A stretch of 64,000 nucleotides of DNA from Sporopachydermia quercuum (GCA_001599295.1 BCGN01000008.1:62001-126000), one strand, 5' to 3'. Shown: positions 34,746 through 47,040, counted from the stretch's first letter. Made by a program: numbers and translations. Notes: generated by a model from the letters alone, not told the origin.

Positions 34746-35679
34746 TTTATTTATATTAACTCACACACCGTGATATTTCAAGTTTTCATGACCCATAGTA
34801 ACCTCGCTCTAATCAAATATATATACAAGTTGAATTCAAATGCCGATTATGCAACAGACCATCGAAACATGAGAAATGATGTACTTATTATCTTCTCTTC
34901 GGTTATCAAGACCACATGTGAACTCAAATTAACAAATGCAAATCACTTATTTCAGCTATTGGATTATTAAAATACTTGATAGTCAAATAGATATAAAATA
35001 AACGATGATTTCTTGCTTGATCTGTTGTTATATGTGTACAGACTTCAGTGATTACACAATCACTTCCAATATGCAATTTAGTATTACAGCAGGTTGTATT
35101 CAAAAACTTTGATGAACTATCAGAAATGATTTCCTAGTGCATAGGATGGGAGATATTGAGAATTATAGAGAATTTAACGTTATTTGCGGTATAATATTCC
35201 AATTGTTCAAGATGTGCTCTTCCTTATCATTCAAGAGGAACTTTTTCAAATATTTGCTGAAGAAAACGAAAAACGGAGATTGGTTCGGTAAGGAGCCTAT
35301 TACCTCCGGAGTATAAGTATTTCGGAAATTATTAGGAGGGAAGGTAAAGAGAGGAGGATGGAGAAAACTGTTAGAGATGCGTGTGAGTAGATGAAGTAGT
35401 TGCTATCGGAAACACGTTTAAATTTATATTTTGAAGTACAATTGTATATATAATATAATAAAACGTACTATTTGATTTAGAATAAATGTTTATAATAGAG
35501 TAAAATACGATTATAGGTGGTGAAATGGGTCTTCAGTATGGAAGTGAGAAGAAAATTCGGGAGACCATGAAGATATTCCGGAGATAATAGATTGTCTGAT
35601 TGTAGTCAAGATAAGAGAACAGAGAATTCATTAATAATGTATGGAAAATTCCATCAAATACTTTCACTGTTACCCCCAA

Positions 35680-36363
35680 TCAACCATGAATCTATTCGTA
35701 GAGTTAGTAAAAGTGTGTAAAGAGTTATACTATGCAAGAGGTGAACTTACAGCTTCAGCAATGTCTAACCATTCACTCATTCCAATCATCCATGGATCAT
35801 TACTGTCAGGTAGATATTCATGTCCCCAAAGAATTATTTTATCTATTGGCTCTTGCACATCTAATTTATTGACCGACAGCGTATTGTTTGATGATCCGTT
35901 TATCCTCATAGGATCTTCCCGTTCATCATGTCCGTCATGGGCCCCGAAATCTGAGTCATCAGCTGTCCCGTTGATGAATGGATTCTCAGTCCTTACAGGA
36001 TTCTTGATCACCGTATTAATATCATTGTCATTTATCACCCAACCTAATCCGTAGTTAGCCTTTTATGTACACTTCAAGCAAACATAAAACCCACTTTCCA
36101 ACAATATATTACTTACAATTGTGATTTGGAATTGATGCATCTTTACCGTAGAGCCGTCTTCCTCTTAGAAACGTCTGATAGCATTCAACGTTCTCATTAC
36201 CATAACTCAGATTAGTATTTTCCACTTTTAGGTACTTATTCACCTCTGCCGGACCATTGTATTTAATTTTGCAAGGCATTATATGACAGATTCTTTTATT
36301 TCCATTTTTATCGTTATTCGACTGCCGCGTGCTTTCTTTTATATTCAGATATAATGGACTCAT
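35680..36363 (-). CDS. RNH203: RNase H2 subunit C, 3 exons: 36363-36117, 36043-35751, 35691-35680
   Basis: CHIMPCKIKYNGPAEVNKY, TFLRGRRLYG, IILWGHEYLP...EWLDIAEA-IHG*. Introns GTAAGT..GGCTAAC..TAG (73 nt) and GTAAGT..TACTAAC..TAG (59 nt) restore the frame and the conserved AIH end. Confidence 0.88.
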
Positions 36364-36580
36364 AGTTGATTTTTTATATATCGAATGAAATTCTCAGGAC
36401 ACGGCAATGGCATAGACACTCTTTTGAATTCAAATATGCCTGAAGAAAGCAAGGAGTAGTAACAACAAGGAAAGCCGGGGAGAATGTAAAGATCAAGTAA
36501 AATGCGCTAGATATTATATAAACAATGGAAATGAATTACTATTCATTCATTCACTCAGTGATTTAAACAGAGAGATCAAA

Positions 36581-36586
36581 ACGCGT
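36581..36586. promoter_or_regulatory. MCB element (ACGCGT) in the RNH203/NCE101 divergent promoter
   Basis: Exact MluI cell-cycle box about 220 bp upstream of a replication-linked gene. Confidence 0.4.
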
Positions 36587-36942
36587 AATATATGGTTGTA
36601 GGAATGGTGCAAGATGAGACTTGAAACTTGGTTGAAGTCTCATTGATAGTTTTCTGAGACGAGATCTGAAGTCAGTCTAACTGTTCAGAGAGACATTTGA
36701 AGAGCACTTAGTTGTTCTCTGATAGTTGCTCTTCTCATCTACCTGATACTGATGACAATAAAATAGACTTGATGAGGGAATGTACTACTAGGTTTCGAAT
36801 TAACACTGTTCATTCTTTGAAAAACTAATTTCATTTTGTTATTAGACCAATAGTTAACTTTGAATCCTACCAAAGAATCACGAATTGTAGTTGTTGATAC
36901 TAGTCGTTTGCTGAACTAGAGAACTAGAGAGTTGTTAATACA

Positions 36943-37238
36943 ATGTCTGGTCGACCTTACCCACATTTAATATCTAGGTAAGATTTTATTTTTCTTGTTA
37001 GGCTGCCTCGAACTGTTGATTGGGATTTGGGATTTGGGAGAGGGCTTAGAGTTTGAGAGACAAACACTTGCTTGAGAATTATGAAAGTCTAACAAAACAC
37101 AGATGGGTAGACATAACTTTTGCCATAATTGTAGGCACCGGTGCTTATTATACATATGAGAATCGAGTTGGAAGACCGGAAGGACATACTTTGAGGGAGT
37201 TGATTGCTAAAAAGATAGAGAAAATTAGAAGCAAATAA
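36943..37238 (+). CDS. NCE101: Non-classical export protein Nce101, 2 exons: 36943-36977, 37103-37238
   Basis: Spliced MSGRPYPHLISR-WVDITFAIIVGTGAYYTYENRVGRPEGHTLRELIAKK..., matching the Nce101 pattern. Intron GTAAGA..GTCTAAC..CAG. Confidence 0.88.
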
Positions 37239-37661
37239 TAAACTGAGAGCAAATTATTATTTCCAAGGACTTAGAAGTAGTGAAAACTGAAACAAAGATT
37301 TGAACATTAATATCCTGATTGATGATATAGCATGCATTCAAACAAAAGTAATTGATATTTACCTATGACTAATCCTTAACTAAACGTCATCGCATGTTTT
37401 ATAATGGATTTCATCGGCCTTTTGGTGTTGTCTTTTACATTCTTTCGTCAAGAAGTTTGCAAGGTAGCAAATGTTCCACAAAGACGGACTATGCTTATGG
37501 CCTTCTGCTAAGCTATTAAATTTTGCATTCACAAACTTAAGTATTGCAGTTGGTCTACCATATTGAGTAATCAACTTTCTTGTTAAATATATATTTTCAA
37601 ATTTGAATATTCTCATGAATTTGATCAATTATATAGAGATGGGGAGAATCTCCTTTCATGC

Positions 37662-37670
37662 ATGACTCAT
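37662..37670. promoter_or_regulatory. Gcn4/AP-1 site ATGACTCAT
   Basis: Perfect consensus inside an extended palindrome ATGCATGACTCATGCAT. A second ATGACTCAT is at 15972-15980. Confidence 0.35.
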
Positions 37671-38302
37671 GCATAGTCCTGTAGAATATGCCTTTAGCCT
37701 TAGCCGAACACTACAAACCTTTTGTCTACTATACAAACAGAAAATCAAATCAAGAGGCAACTGAATAGAAAATTCTACCTTTGTTATTCAAACATCTATA
37801 CTCCTCAGGTTTCACCATTCTTGTGAGAACTTTGAGCTGATAACCTATTCTATTCATCGTTCAAACGTTCTGAGCTCATGCACACATGAAAGCTTATCCA
37901 TTAAAATATTACATAATCAACAGCTCATCTTTAACCGAGGCCATTTCACTAGCGCAACCGATCAGAAAGGTGAACTAACCAGTTTACTGGCTAGACTACT
38001 TCTTTGTTTCTAGTTCCCTTCTTTCAATTTCATATAAGGAAGGTTGAACAACGTCTTGTCTGATTTATAAAAGCAATGATAATTTTAATCAATTATGCAA
38101 AACTGAGGCTGACTATATTCCTTGAAACAGTACATGCTCATTATCAGTTTCAAAGCATACTTCAGTGACAGATAGATTCCCATTGCTATCAGAAACTAAT
38201 TAGATCAGCAGTCAGTAAGTGTTCGTTGATAATTAATAGCTGATTTCAATCACAGAGTTGCAACACAAATTAATAAGATAGTTCAGAAACGTTTTAGTCA
38301 TC

Positions 38303-39730
38303 ATGGAGCGGTCGTTTGATGTTGAGGATTTCGTCAGCGCACCAAACCCTTATCCAAGGGTTGGTCAACTGGATGCATCCATTCTTGATAATGAATTGAT
38401 TGGTTTACTAAAAGAGCAACTAAACGCTGGTTTTAAATATTTTCATCCAGAACTGAAAATGAAGTATTCAGCTGAACTTGAGCTTTTGTTGAAAGCTGTG
38501 ATGTTTAAATTCACCGTATGGGACAACTCATCTACCTATGGACTTAAACTACAAAACTTGCAAATGGTCGATGGAAGAAAGATTAAAGAACAACCGACAA
38601 CAACAGATTCGAATGGTATCAAATGTCCAAACAGTAGGAGGAAGTTTGATATTAATAAATATATTTATAATAAACCTATACTATTTGCACCTATGTCAAA
38701 GACTCAAAGAATTCTCTATGGTCTGGTCACAGTCGGAGGAGACTACATATGGTCAAAAATGGAGAACTATGTTTTCTCACTACAAGCCGAAGACTATGAA
38801 GAAAGCAATCCTAAGTTTGCACGCTCGGTACGTATTGTGCAGAAATTGTTTTCCCGGTTGTCCAATCTGCATACAATCTTCTCATTAGTGAACTTCATTG
38901 TATTTTTGATATCAGGCAAATACAGTACAATGTTACTGCGACTGTTGAAGGTTCAGATTGTTCCGAATATGAACTCTAGTATATCTACACGTCGGAATAA
39001 CATCAATTTTGAATTTCAGAATAGGCAATTGGTGTGGAATACGTTAACCGAGTTCCTATTGTTTATGTTACCTATAATAAATTTCAGGAAATGGAGAAGG
39101 AAGATAAAAAATATTAGTAACAGTATCATTGCTACTTTAGCACCTGTGACGAATGAAAATGAATCAAAAGATGATTCAAAGAAAGGAGCATTATACTTTT
39201 TACCTGAGAAAACTTGTGCTATTTGCTATGAAGCAAGTGATGCTTCAACGGGAAATATTGGTTCAGCTGTTAACGCAGATGTTACAAACCCTTTTCAAAC
39301 AGAGTGTGGTCATATTTATTGCTATACGTGTATAATTGGCAAGCTGGAAACAGCTAGAGATGGCGACAGTGCATCAAGTTCTGATGGTTGGACTTGTTTA
39401 AGATGTGGAGCAAATGTTCTTACTGCAAAACCATTCCATGATGTTGATCCTAGCGCTATATACGTTAATCCTGATTGCGAGTTATATGCCGAAGAGGATG
39501 GAGAAGAAAATGAAAAGAATAATTATCGGGAGGGATTCAATAGTACTGAAAATCATGACACATCACGCAGATTTGACGATGATTCTGAAGAGCAGCAATC
39601 ATCTATTGATGATGACTCTGTTAATGACGAGACTGATGAACAGTATTATAGTGGTGATGATTCTGATTTTGAAAATACTGATAGCTCAGATAATGACTCT
39701 GAAGATGCTGGATTTTTCGTGGAAGAATAA
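38303..39730 (+). CDS. PEX2: RING peroxin Pex2
   Basis: RVGQLDASILDNEL, TYGLKLQNL, LVNFIVFLISGKY, INFEFQNRQLVWNTLTEFLLF, RING CAICY...CGHIYCYTC...CLRCG, acidic tail. Confidence 0.93.
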   Translation: MERSFDVEDFVSAPNPYPRVGQLDASILDNELIGLLKEQLNAGFKYFHPELKMKYSAELELLLKAVMFKFTVWDNSSTYGLKLQNLQMVDGRKIKEQPTTTDSNGIKCPNSRRKFDINKYIYNKPILFAPMSKTQRILYGLVTVGGDYIWSKMENYVFSLQAEDYEESNPKFARSVRIVQKLFSRLSNLHTIFSLVNFIVFLISGKYSTMLLRLLKVQIVPNMNSSISTRRNNINFEFQNRQLVWNTLTEFLLFMLPIINFRKWRRKIKNISNSIIATLAPVTNENESKDDSKKGALYFLPEKTCAICYEASDASTGNIGSAVNADVTNPFQTECGHIYCYTCIIGKLETARDGDSASSSDGWTCLRCGANVLTAKPFHDVDPSAIYVNPDCELYAEEDGEENEKNNYREGFNSTENHDTSRRFDDDSEEQQSSIDDDSVNDETDEQYYSGDDSDFENTDSSDNDSEDAGFFVEE

Positions 39731-40560
39731 GAAGTTTTCATCAATACCTTTCACTCACCACCAGTATTTCTACCACATCAATATAACTATAATAACACCA
39801 TGATTATTTTTCCCTTCCTCATAATGTCTCTACTTTCTGCATATAGTTATGATATTGCTATCAATCATTTCCCTCAATCCTTCATTAATCTAGCCACAAT
39901 CATTTTACGAAACTTCTCAATCCCCAAAGCAAATCCCGCTATTATTGCCTTTTCTCCTAGAACTAGCCATTCCCCTTGATTCACCAATATGTGTGCGGAA
40001 ATCCACATATACCAGTACCAACCTTTTACAGTACATCTTGTAGTCCATCACATACCCAATTAAGGTTGTAAACGGCTATTTCAATTTCCTAATTCGTGTT
40101 TCACTTTCAAACTTTAATATTGCCCAACGCTCCTGAACCAAACACCGACCCCCTGTCTTAAGACAACGCCAACGTCAATTTTGTTTTTGACATATATCAA
40201 CCCCATTTTTTATGTAAAAGGATTTAACAATCAATGGCAATGTCTTCTGCTCTGTAAAGATTATATAAATAGTAAGATAAGTGGTTTATTGTTCTCAAGA
40301 AGATATTTATCTGTATAAGAGACTTTTTACTGGGATAGGAAAAGATTATGGAAATCACCCTTCTTGTTAATAGGAAAGCATAGACTCAAGGGAGAGGCTT
40401 GTTGAATAGAGTAAGTGGATAGTCAATTGAATCAAGAGAAGGTAGAAGAGAACAACGGAGAAGAGAGACAAATGCGCGCGCGTGAAGTAAAGTTGGATTC
40501 ATTTTAGAAAGGTATACAAAAAATGGTATACGTGAAGAAAGCAAGAATGATTGCAGAGAA

Positions 40561-42081
40561 ATGATGACATCAGTTAGTAGTAATCAGGGGTCTAGTGGGA
40601 AGGAAGATGTACCGTTAGAAAATAGAGAAGAAGCAGAGAGTTTTGTGTTAACAAACAACGAGATGGCAGTTTGTAGCAGCAATGAAAATAATGATGGCAG
40701 TCCGAACACAAGTGTGAATACTTTTGCTAGTAGTGGAGAAATGAGGCTTAATGGATCTTTCAAGCGAAGGAAAATGTCTTTTGATGATTATGGTTGTCAC
40801 CTAGCACAAGAGAAGGCATGTGCTAATGATACGGGCAATAAGAGTGGCACTAGTATTAATAACGACAATTATGATGGAAGTAATATCTCTACAGGAAATA
40901 GTTTGTTTGCAAGCTTACCTATTGATGTGATAGATGACATTGCTGAACATTTGACAGTAACTGATACACTGAATTTGTCACTCACCTGCCATGAAGTACG
41001 GAGGGCTGTGATTCCTCACGCCTTCAAAGTAATATATTTGGAGTGGACAAAAATGGTGGAGCTGAAGTCAATTTTGACTGAGGGATTTTTGCATAGTATT
41101 TCGCCATATGTCAAAGCTTTAATAATAACAAAACCAAGTGCTTATGGAGAATGGCATCAATCTTCGGTGTTAGAAGAAATACTAAGACTTGTTCCTTCTA
41201 TAGACCTCTTACATTTTGCAATGTCAGGCACTTCCAATTGGATAAAATATGTGAAAGGTGAACATGTCAGACATATATCTGCTACATCAAATGAAGAAAC
41301 TCTTGCCATAAGAGCTAGAAGTCGAGGTAAGAATGCAATCGAGAAAGAATTATATGTTTCCAGTAATGACAACAGTGAATATATTAGAAGACGTCAAGGT
41401 ATCTCTCTAAGAAGAAGACCATCATCGAATTACGGCCAATTCACTCCTCCTAATATGGATATATTTGATATGGATCACATAGCAGGTTTCAAACAACTAA
41501 AGAGATTAGAGCTTGATGGATTTGTCATAAGGAAAGAATCAGCTATACAGGATGTAGATGAATTTGAGCAGCATGCTGTGAAAATAAACGAAGAAGAAAA
41601 AGACACTAATGTGGAGGCTTTAGTTTTGAAAAATTGCACATGGGAATATCCATTGGCTATGAATGATATTGGTGCTAATATAACAGATCTATCATTAATT
41701 TATACTGAAAAATATCGTCCATATACATACTCAGAAAGATTAAGACAAGTGATTATAAGTCCTCCAACTACACTGAAGAAGTTTACAGTACATTTTTTGA
41801 AAAGGCCAAAAATCCACAGACTTACCTTGGTACCATTTTCAGCAGCTACTAAGAGTGTATGTGAAGAACTATCAATTAAAGGATTTGATATTAGTACTGC
41901 TTTCATAGAAGCATTGCCTTTATCTCTGAAAGTAATCGAGGTTGAGATAGGGACACAAGAAATCACTTCAGAAGGTAGGTTGAATGTCATACAGAACTTT
42001 GAGGATCAAGTTAGGAATACGATGCTGCGTGCGGGAAGACAGGATGTTGAAAAAATAGAGTTCAACACTAGTGGTAAGTAG
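40561..42081 (+). CDS. F-box protein with LRR-like C-terminus
   Basis: F-box LFASLPIDVIDDIAEHLTVTDTLNLSLTCHEVR, a basic NLS-like KRRK, and LRR-like segments (LKRLELDG, VEALVLKNC, ITDLSL, LKKFTV). Confidence 0.72.
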   Translation: MMTSVSSNQGSSGKEDVPLENREEAESFVLTNNEMAVCSSNENNDGSPNTSVNTFASSGEMRLNGSFKRRKMSFDDYGCHLAQEKACANDTGNKSGTSINNDNYDGSNISTGNSLFASLPIDVIDDIAEHLTVTDTLNLSLTCHEVRRAVIPHAFKVIYLEWTKMVELKSILTEGFLHSISPYVKALIITKPSAYGEWHQSSVLEEILRLVPSIDLLHFAMSGTSNWIKYVKGEHVRHISATSNEETLAIRARSRGKNAIEKELYVSSNDNSEYIRRRQGISLRRRPSSNYGQFTPPNMDIFDMDHIAGFKQLKRLELDGFVIRKESAIQDVDEFEQHAVKINEEEKDTNVEALVLKNCTWEYPLAMNDIGANITDLSLIYTEKYRPYTYSERLRQVIISPPTTLKKFTVHFLKRPKIHRLTLVPFSAATKSVCEELSIKGFDISTAFIEALPLSLKVIEVEIGTQEITSEGRLNVIQNFEDQVRNTMLRAGRQDVEKIEFNTSGK

Positions 42082-44319
42082 TTTAGGTGAAGCTTTTGAG
42101 ATTGTTGATGGATGATTAGGGTGTAGTTTCATTGAAGCTGGAAAGCTAGATTTATAACCTGAAATTCTAACATTATTCTAGTGATGCTATGGAATGATAC
42201 CGAAACATTCAACAGTTTGCCTGCACAATAACCAAGGTAGAAATTTAGTGACGCACCCAGAGAGAACTAGTAAAGCATCAGCTTAGGTGAATAAAGCTTT
42301 GGCGTAATATGAGACAGGAAAATGATAGCAGTATATCAATTAGATGAACTCGCTTTGAATGGACTGGGGAATATGAATCAAGATAGTCAATTGTATTTTG
42401 GGGCTTAATATTAAGTAGGAAGAGGACAGGCCAGAGAATTAACCGGTGAATGCAACAAAAAAATGCTATTCAAGTTTCTGAATTAGAGTTCACTTTGTAT
42501 CAATTGTAGCCTTTTTAATTATTCGATTTCCTACTATCTTTTGAGCGAAAGACATCAACAGATCAATCAGTCAGAGGTTGCTTATAATTTTTCCGTAGCT
42601 CAATTTACGTTTTCCACTAGATGAAATATGCAGGTTAAAGTTTTATTAAACTTTGGATATGTGATGCCAATTTGAAGTTTATCTTCTTATGTGAACTGAA
42701 CAACAACAAATTGAAAGAGATTTAGATCAGGTCCTATTTGTGAAAGAAAAATGTACTAGAAAGAATATCAGCTGTAATTTTTGCACCTGTTTTTTATGTT
42801 CTAATAGAATATTCCATATAGAGAAAATGCTATTCTGGAAAACGAAAAAAATATGGAAATCTTAGAGGAACTCAACATTTTAGAGCCTGATAATCAAAAG
42901 AAAATAAACTTCACTCTTCACACTTCAAATGTTAATGTTCAACTTTTAATTTTAACATTTACTATGCTTGCACTAGTAACAATCATAAATAAGACTGTTT
43001 TCTCCAAAAGTCTGTAAAAATGTGAGTAACTATGCCCAAAAATATATTTATACCCAAATAGTATTTTTGACTTTATTTTTGAATCTATTTCAGTTCTCTA
43101 TTGTTTTATAAGACCTCAAGCTACAGCTGAGTGTATATCTGACGAGCTTATTTAAGGAGTGGCAGATAACAGTTAGTGATATTAAAAAGTAACAAACTAT
43201 TAAGTTTGAGATTCTTTTTTTTTCTGTAACCAACGTTAACCTTATATTTTAGGACGTGAACTCAATTAACAACCCATCATTCCTAATGAATTGAATACTC
43301 AGTTGAACGACCCTCTTACAATCATTATTATTAGTAATGGAACAAGAATATGATTTTCCNTAATCTTTGCAATAAGTACTTATTTATCAGCTCCTTCGAG
43401 AGCCTTTTTTTATTCCAAGAAAGAAAATGTTCAACATGACAATGTGANCTCAAACATTTGACTCTGGTCAAAGCAAACTTCGTTGGATGCCATGCTGATC
43501 CTGGTGTTAGCTCATTCCGTCTTTACGATGAAAAGGGTGAGAGAAATCTGCTATTATCAAATATAGCTTTAAGCNCGATAACCAAGGACTTGGTCAAGAT
43601 TGAAAGTGATTGCAGAAGGTCGAAACGATTATTATTTGATGGACAAATCAAGCATTAGCCAAATACCAGAACAGCAGATGTAGTAGATAGTGTAGACAAG
43701 GCCTGATATATAATCAGCTGAAAATTTCTGCTTATTACAAAGCTGTTCTAGAATGATCTTGAAATACACAATATAAGCTATAAAGATACTGTTTGATTAA
43801 AGATAGTAAAAAGAAAGCAAATAATAGTAATGACAACAAAAATGAAGGTAGTAATATTAGTTTATTCCAATCCAATGAAACCTACGATGAGAGGCTTGGA
43901 GTGAAGTTTGATCCAAATTTTGGAGGAATAGAGATATACCATCATTTGCAAAATTGCATATCATTTAAAATGGAACATGATAGTGCAAAAATGGTTCCTG
44001 GTAATATATTAAAAGCATTTAATGGGAATTTTTTGGATTTGATGACGAAATTGAAGTAGACCAATGAAAATAAGGAATAATCAATGTGAAAAGTCAAGCA
44101 ACTAAAAGAGGAAAATTAACGGAAAAGGACTGCGAAAGGACAACGTATTTTGATTGTTTCGGTTACTACTATTCCAAATATCTCTAATAAACGTTAATGT
44201 ACGGTACTTTCTTTAAATTACAAGCTTATAACTTGCATTATAGTAGTTGTGATTCCCGCATTTTTCATCATCATCGTAGCATTCACATAAAATCTGCCAT
44301 TAACACCCAAGTATCTATT

Positions 44320-47040
44320 CTATATAATAACACAGTCTCCAATACCTAGCCCGTACATTACTTTTTCAACCTCTTTTCTAACTTTCAGCCAATCAGCTCG
44401 TCTTTGAACAAACTCATAGATCTCCTCCTGCTGGAAAATACCTCGGAATCTTGAAAAATCGGATATCATCTTGCCAATGGCTTTAGCATCTTTTCCATCA
44501 ATCAAATACAATTGACCGATTTCTTTTAATGCTATAAAATAGGGTGTCAATTGTCTTAATTTCAACGACGATATAAAATCATAGTAGTAATTCAAATCTG
44601 ATATGAGCGTTATAGATCCATCAACGGATATCGTTTGCCTTTTTATATGTTTGCATAAACTAGAGAAAAATCTTACCCCAACTTCCTGTTGAAAGATATT
44701 CAACACGGATTTATCGGTTGAGCCTTGAAGTAGATTTGTATGCAAAGATAGCAAATGGATAACTTTCTCAGCACATACAGTAGGCCCCATATTGAAATAA
44801 TTCATAGCGGAGCCGAAATTACCGTTGTTGCTCATAGGAGGAGGATTATAGTCAGATGCTAATTGAGTTGTCATTAGAATCATATCAATTTCGTCAATCA
44901 ACACGTCGATACCTTTATTCAGGCCGGTAGCTACACAGTCGTCAAGCATGAGCTCGAATCGTTTCTTCGCTTTAACCGATGGTGACAAGAAATCGTTTCT
45001 ATCTACAAATTTAGGTCCAGCAAGTTCTTCTTCAAAGAAAATATGAATCATTTGCTGAATTAAATCACCAATGTTCACGAGCTCAGCAAATACTGTCAGA
45101 GGTTCAACTTCATTTGATATTTCGTTGACAGAGCCATTAGTGCCTGCAGTGTTGATACTGCTTGAATCGTCATTGGCCTTTTCTGTTGCTACTATTAAAG
45201 AACTATTAGTAGTAGCACTATTGGATAAGGTATTGTCGCTCGGACTGCCCTTGGGCTTAGTATTATTGATCAAGGACCGTGAGCTTGTTGCTGAGCTACT
45301 AGGAGGTTTCGACAAGGTGCTGCCTTCACTCAATATAGACGTATTATGCAAATGACGAGAGTTGTAATCGCCCAAACGTTCAATGGCCTTATCGAAGCCA
45401 TATTTGATATGTTCTTCACCTAGAACAGTCACGACACTAACAAATACTTCTTCGCAGTGTTCTTTTGTGCTCTTAGCTGTTTGGCCTTTCATTTCATTAA
45501 AAACTCTCAACCTTTCAATAGCCTGTCGAGCAGCCTTGATGATGTCAAGGGATAATTCAAGAGAAAACAATAGCTTCATGCTTTCTATTTTCTTTGTCAT
45601 AATAGTAGCTTGAGCTTCAAATTCTGTGAGTAGCTGTGGCTTGGTAATATCAGTTGAATCTCCTGTGGCTTCTGTAGTTTCTGTAGATGCTTCAGTAGGA
45701 CTGGTGTTGAATGGCATGCGGAAAGCTTTTCTGAATGACGATAGGAAGTCCACTTTATCTTGTTCCTTTTGTCTAGAAACGTTACTGAGAATCGATTGCT
45801 CAACCTTTTGTTCCTGTAGCGTATACTTGTCGGCCCATTGCTTTACCAGACGCTTTGAGTAACTCTGAAACTTGTCGACTTCTGCTTCAAAGTAGAACTC
45901 AACGTATGGCTCATAAGAGGCATTCACCAAATCCAAAAGTACTGTATGATATGTTGGACCGATATTTTTTGATTTCACTGTAAGTCTCTCCAGAAAAGCA
46001 GTATGGAGTAAAGTATACATTTCTGGTACAGCAATCAGATAAGGGGTAGAAGGAATATCCTCGATAGGATGGTTTGCAATAGTTGTGATGCTTTTGGTAT
46101 GATCAAGAATATCAGAAACAAATTCCATTATGTTATCTTCCACAATTCTCTCGCTCAATGGTAACATCACTGGAATTGTTGGTGGGAATGCCAAGTCTAT
46201 TATTTCGCTTTCCTTATTGAGCACATCCGCCGCTTTGTTAAAAGCGTTGGCTATGGGTAATGTTACAAGCATGTTTTTCTCATCAAAACAATCAAGGGCA
46301 TTTCCAATTGTTTCATACGTCAGTCTGTGTTTATTGAGAAACAATTGAACACATGCATCACCACCGTTTAAAGATATAAGAACTTTAGCATATCTTCTTA
46401 CTCTACCGAAGAAATCATTAGCATCATACCCAAGTTCCACTTCTCTCAATGCTGCACTTTCAAATACTTCAATTATACCTCTAAGTCGTCCTACACGATC
46501 TAAATGATTCGTTTCCAAAGGATTCAGTTTAGAAAACTTCACTAGGATATCTAACATAAGAGCTTGATCCTCAGCATCACGATAAAGTCGAAATATGTTC
46601 AAATCAGCATAAGATTTTGAGCTAACAGCATCTTCGTATAAAGGTCTAATTGTAAGATAGAACTGAGCAAATTCGTATCTTATTAATGCAGGGCTAAATC
46701 TTAGATCATTGAATACATCGATTGGTGAAACCAATGGCCCTAAATCCGCTGTTGATGGATAAACAACAGTCTCCTGCCGCTCCAAAGCATTTCTTTCTTC
46801 ATGTTCTTTGGCGAAATCCCAAACGCCTATTTGTTTAAATTTGTTGATGTATAAATCTGGTTGATAAACTGCTATTGCTGCATCTTTACAAACTCTCGCT
46901 AGAGCCGGCAGATCCGATATTGATAAGTATCTAGCTATCACTTCAAAAACATGTGCCGGGCTTCTAATTGATGTTGATTGAATTGCTGATGCTCCATCGT
47001 TCATTGCTTCTGCCATATTAGTAGTTTTAGATGCCCCCAT
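44320..47040 (-). CDS. RCY1: Recyclin-1 (F-box plus Sec10-like domain)
   Basis: N-terminal F-box (IARYLSISDLPALARVCK), LFSLELSLDII, EPLTVFAELVNIGDLIQQMI, KHIKRQTISVDG...LISDLN.YYDFI, EEIYEFVQRRADW.KV...VEKVMYGLGIGDCVII (CAAX end). Confidence 0.93.
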   Translation of the reverse strand: MGASKTTNMAEAMNDGASAIQSTSIRSPAHVFEVIARYLSISDLPALARVCKDAAIAVYQPDLYINKFKQIGVWDFAKEHEERNALERQETVVYPSTADLGPLVSPIDVFNDLRFSPALIRYEFAQFYLTIRPLYEDAVSSKSYADLNIFRLYRDAEDQALMLDILVKFSKLNPLETNHLDRVGRLRGIIEVFESAALREVELGYDANDFFGRVRRYAKVLISLNGGDACVQLFLNKHRLTYETIGNALDCFDEKNMLVTLPIANAFNKAADVLNKESEIIDLAFPPTIPVMLPLSERIVEDNIMEFVSDILDHTKSITTIANHPIEDIPSTPYLIAVPEMYTLLHTAFLERLTVKSKNIGPTYHTVLLDLVNASYEPYVEFYFEAEVDKFQSYSKRLVKQWADKYTLQEQKVEQSILSNVSRQKEQDKVDFLSSFRKAFRMPFNTSPTEASTETTEATGDSTDITKPQLLTEFEAQATIMTKKIESMKLLFSLELSLDIIKAARQAIERLRVFNEMKGQTAKSTKEHCEEVFVSVVTVLGEEHIKYGFDKAIERLGDYNSRHLHNTSILSEGSTLSKPPSSSATSSRSLINNTKPKGSPSDNTLSNSATTNSSLIVATEKANDDSSSINTAGTNGSVNEISNEVEPLTVFAELVNIGDLIQQMIHIFFEEELAGPKFVDRNDFLSPSVKAKKRFELMLDDCVATGLNKGIDVLIDEIDMILMTTQLASDYNPPPMSNNGNFGSAMNYFNMGPTVCAEKVIHLLSLHTNLLQGSTDKSVLNIFQQEVGVRFFSSLCKHIKRQTISVDGSITLISDLNYYYDFISSLKLRQLTPYFIALKEIGQLYLIDGKDAKAIGKMISDFSRFRGIFQQEEIYEFVQRRADWLKVRKEVEKVMYGLGIGDCVII

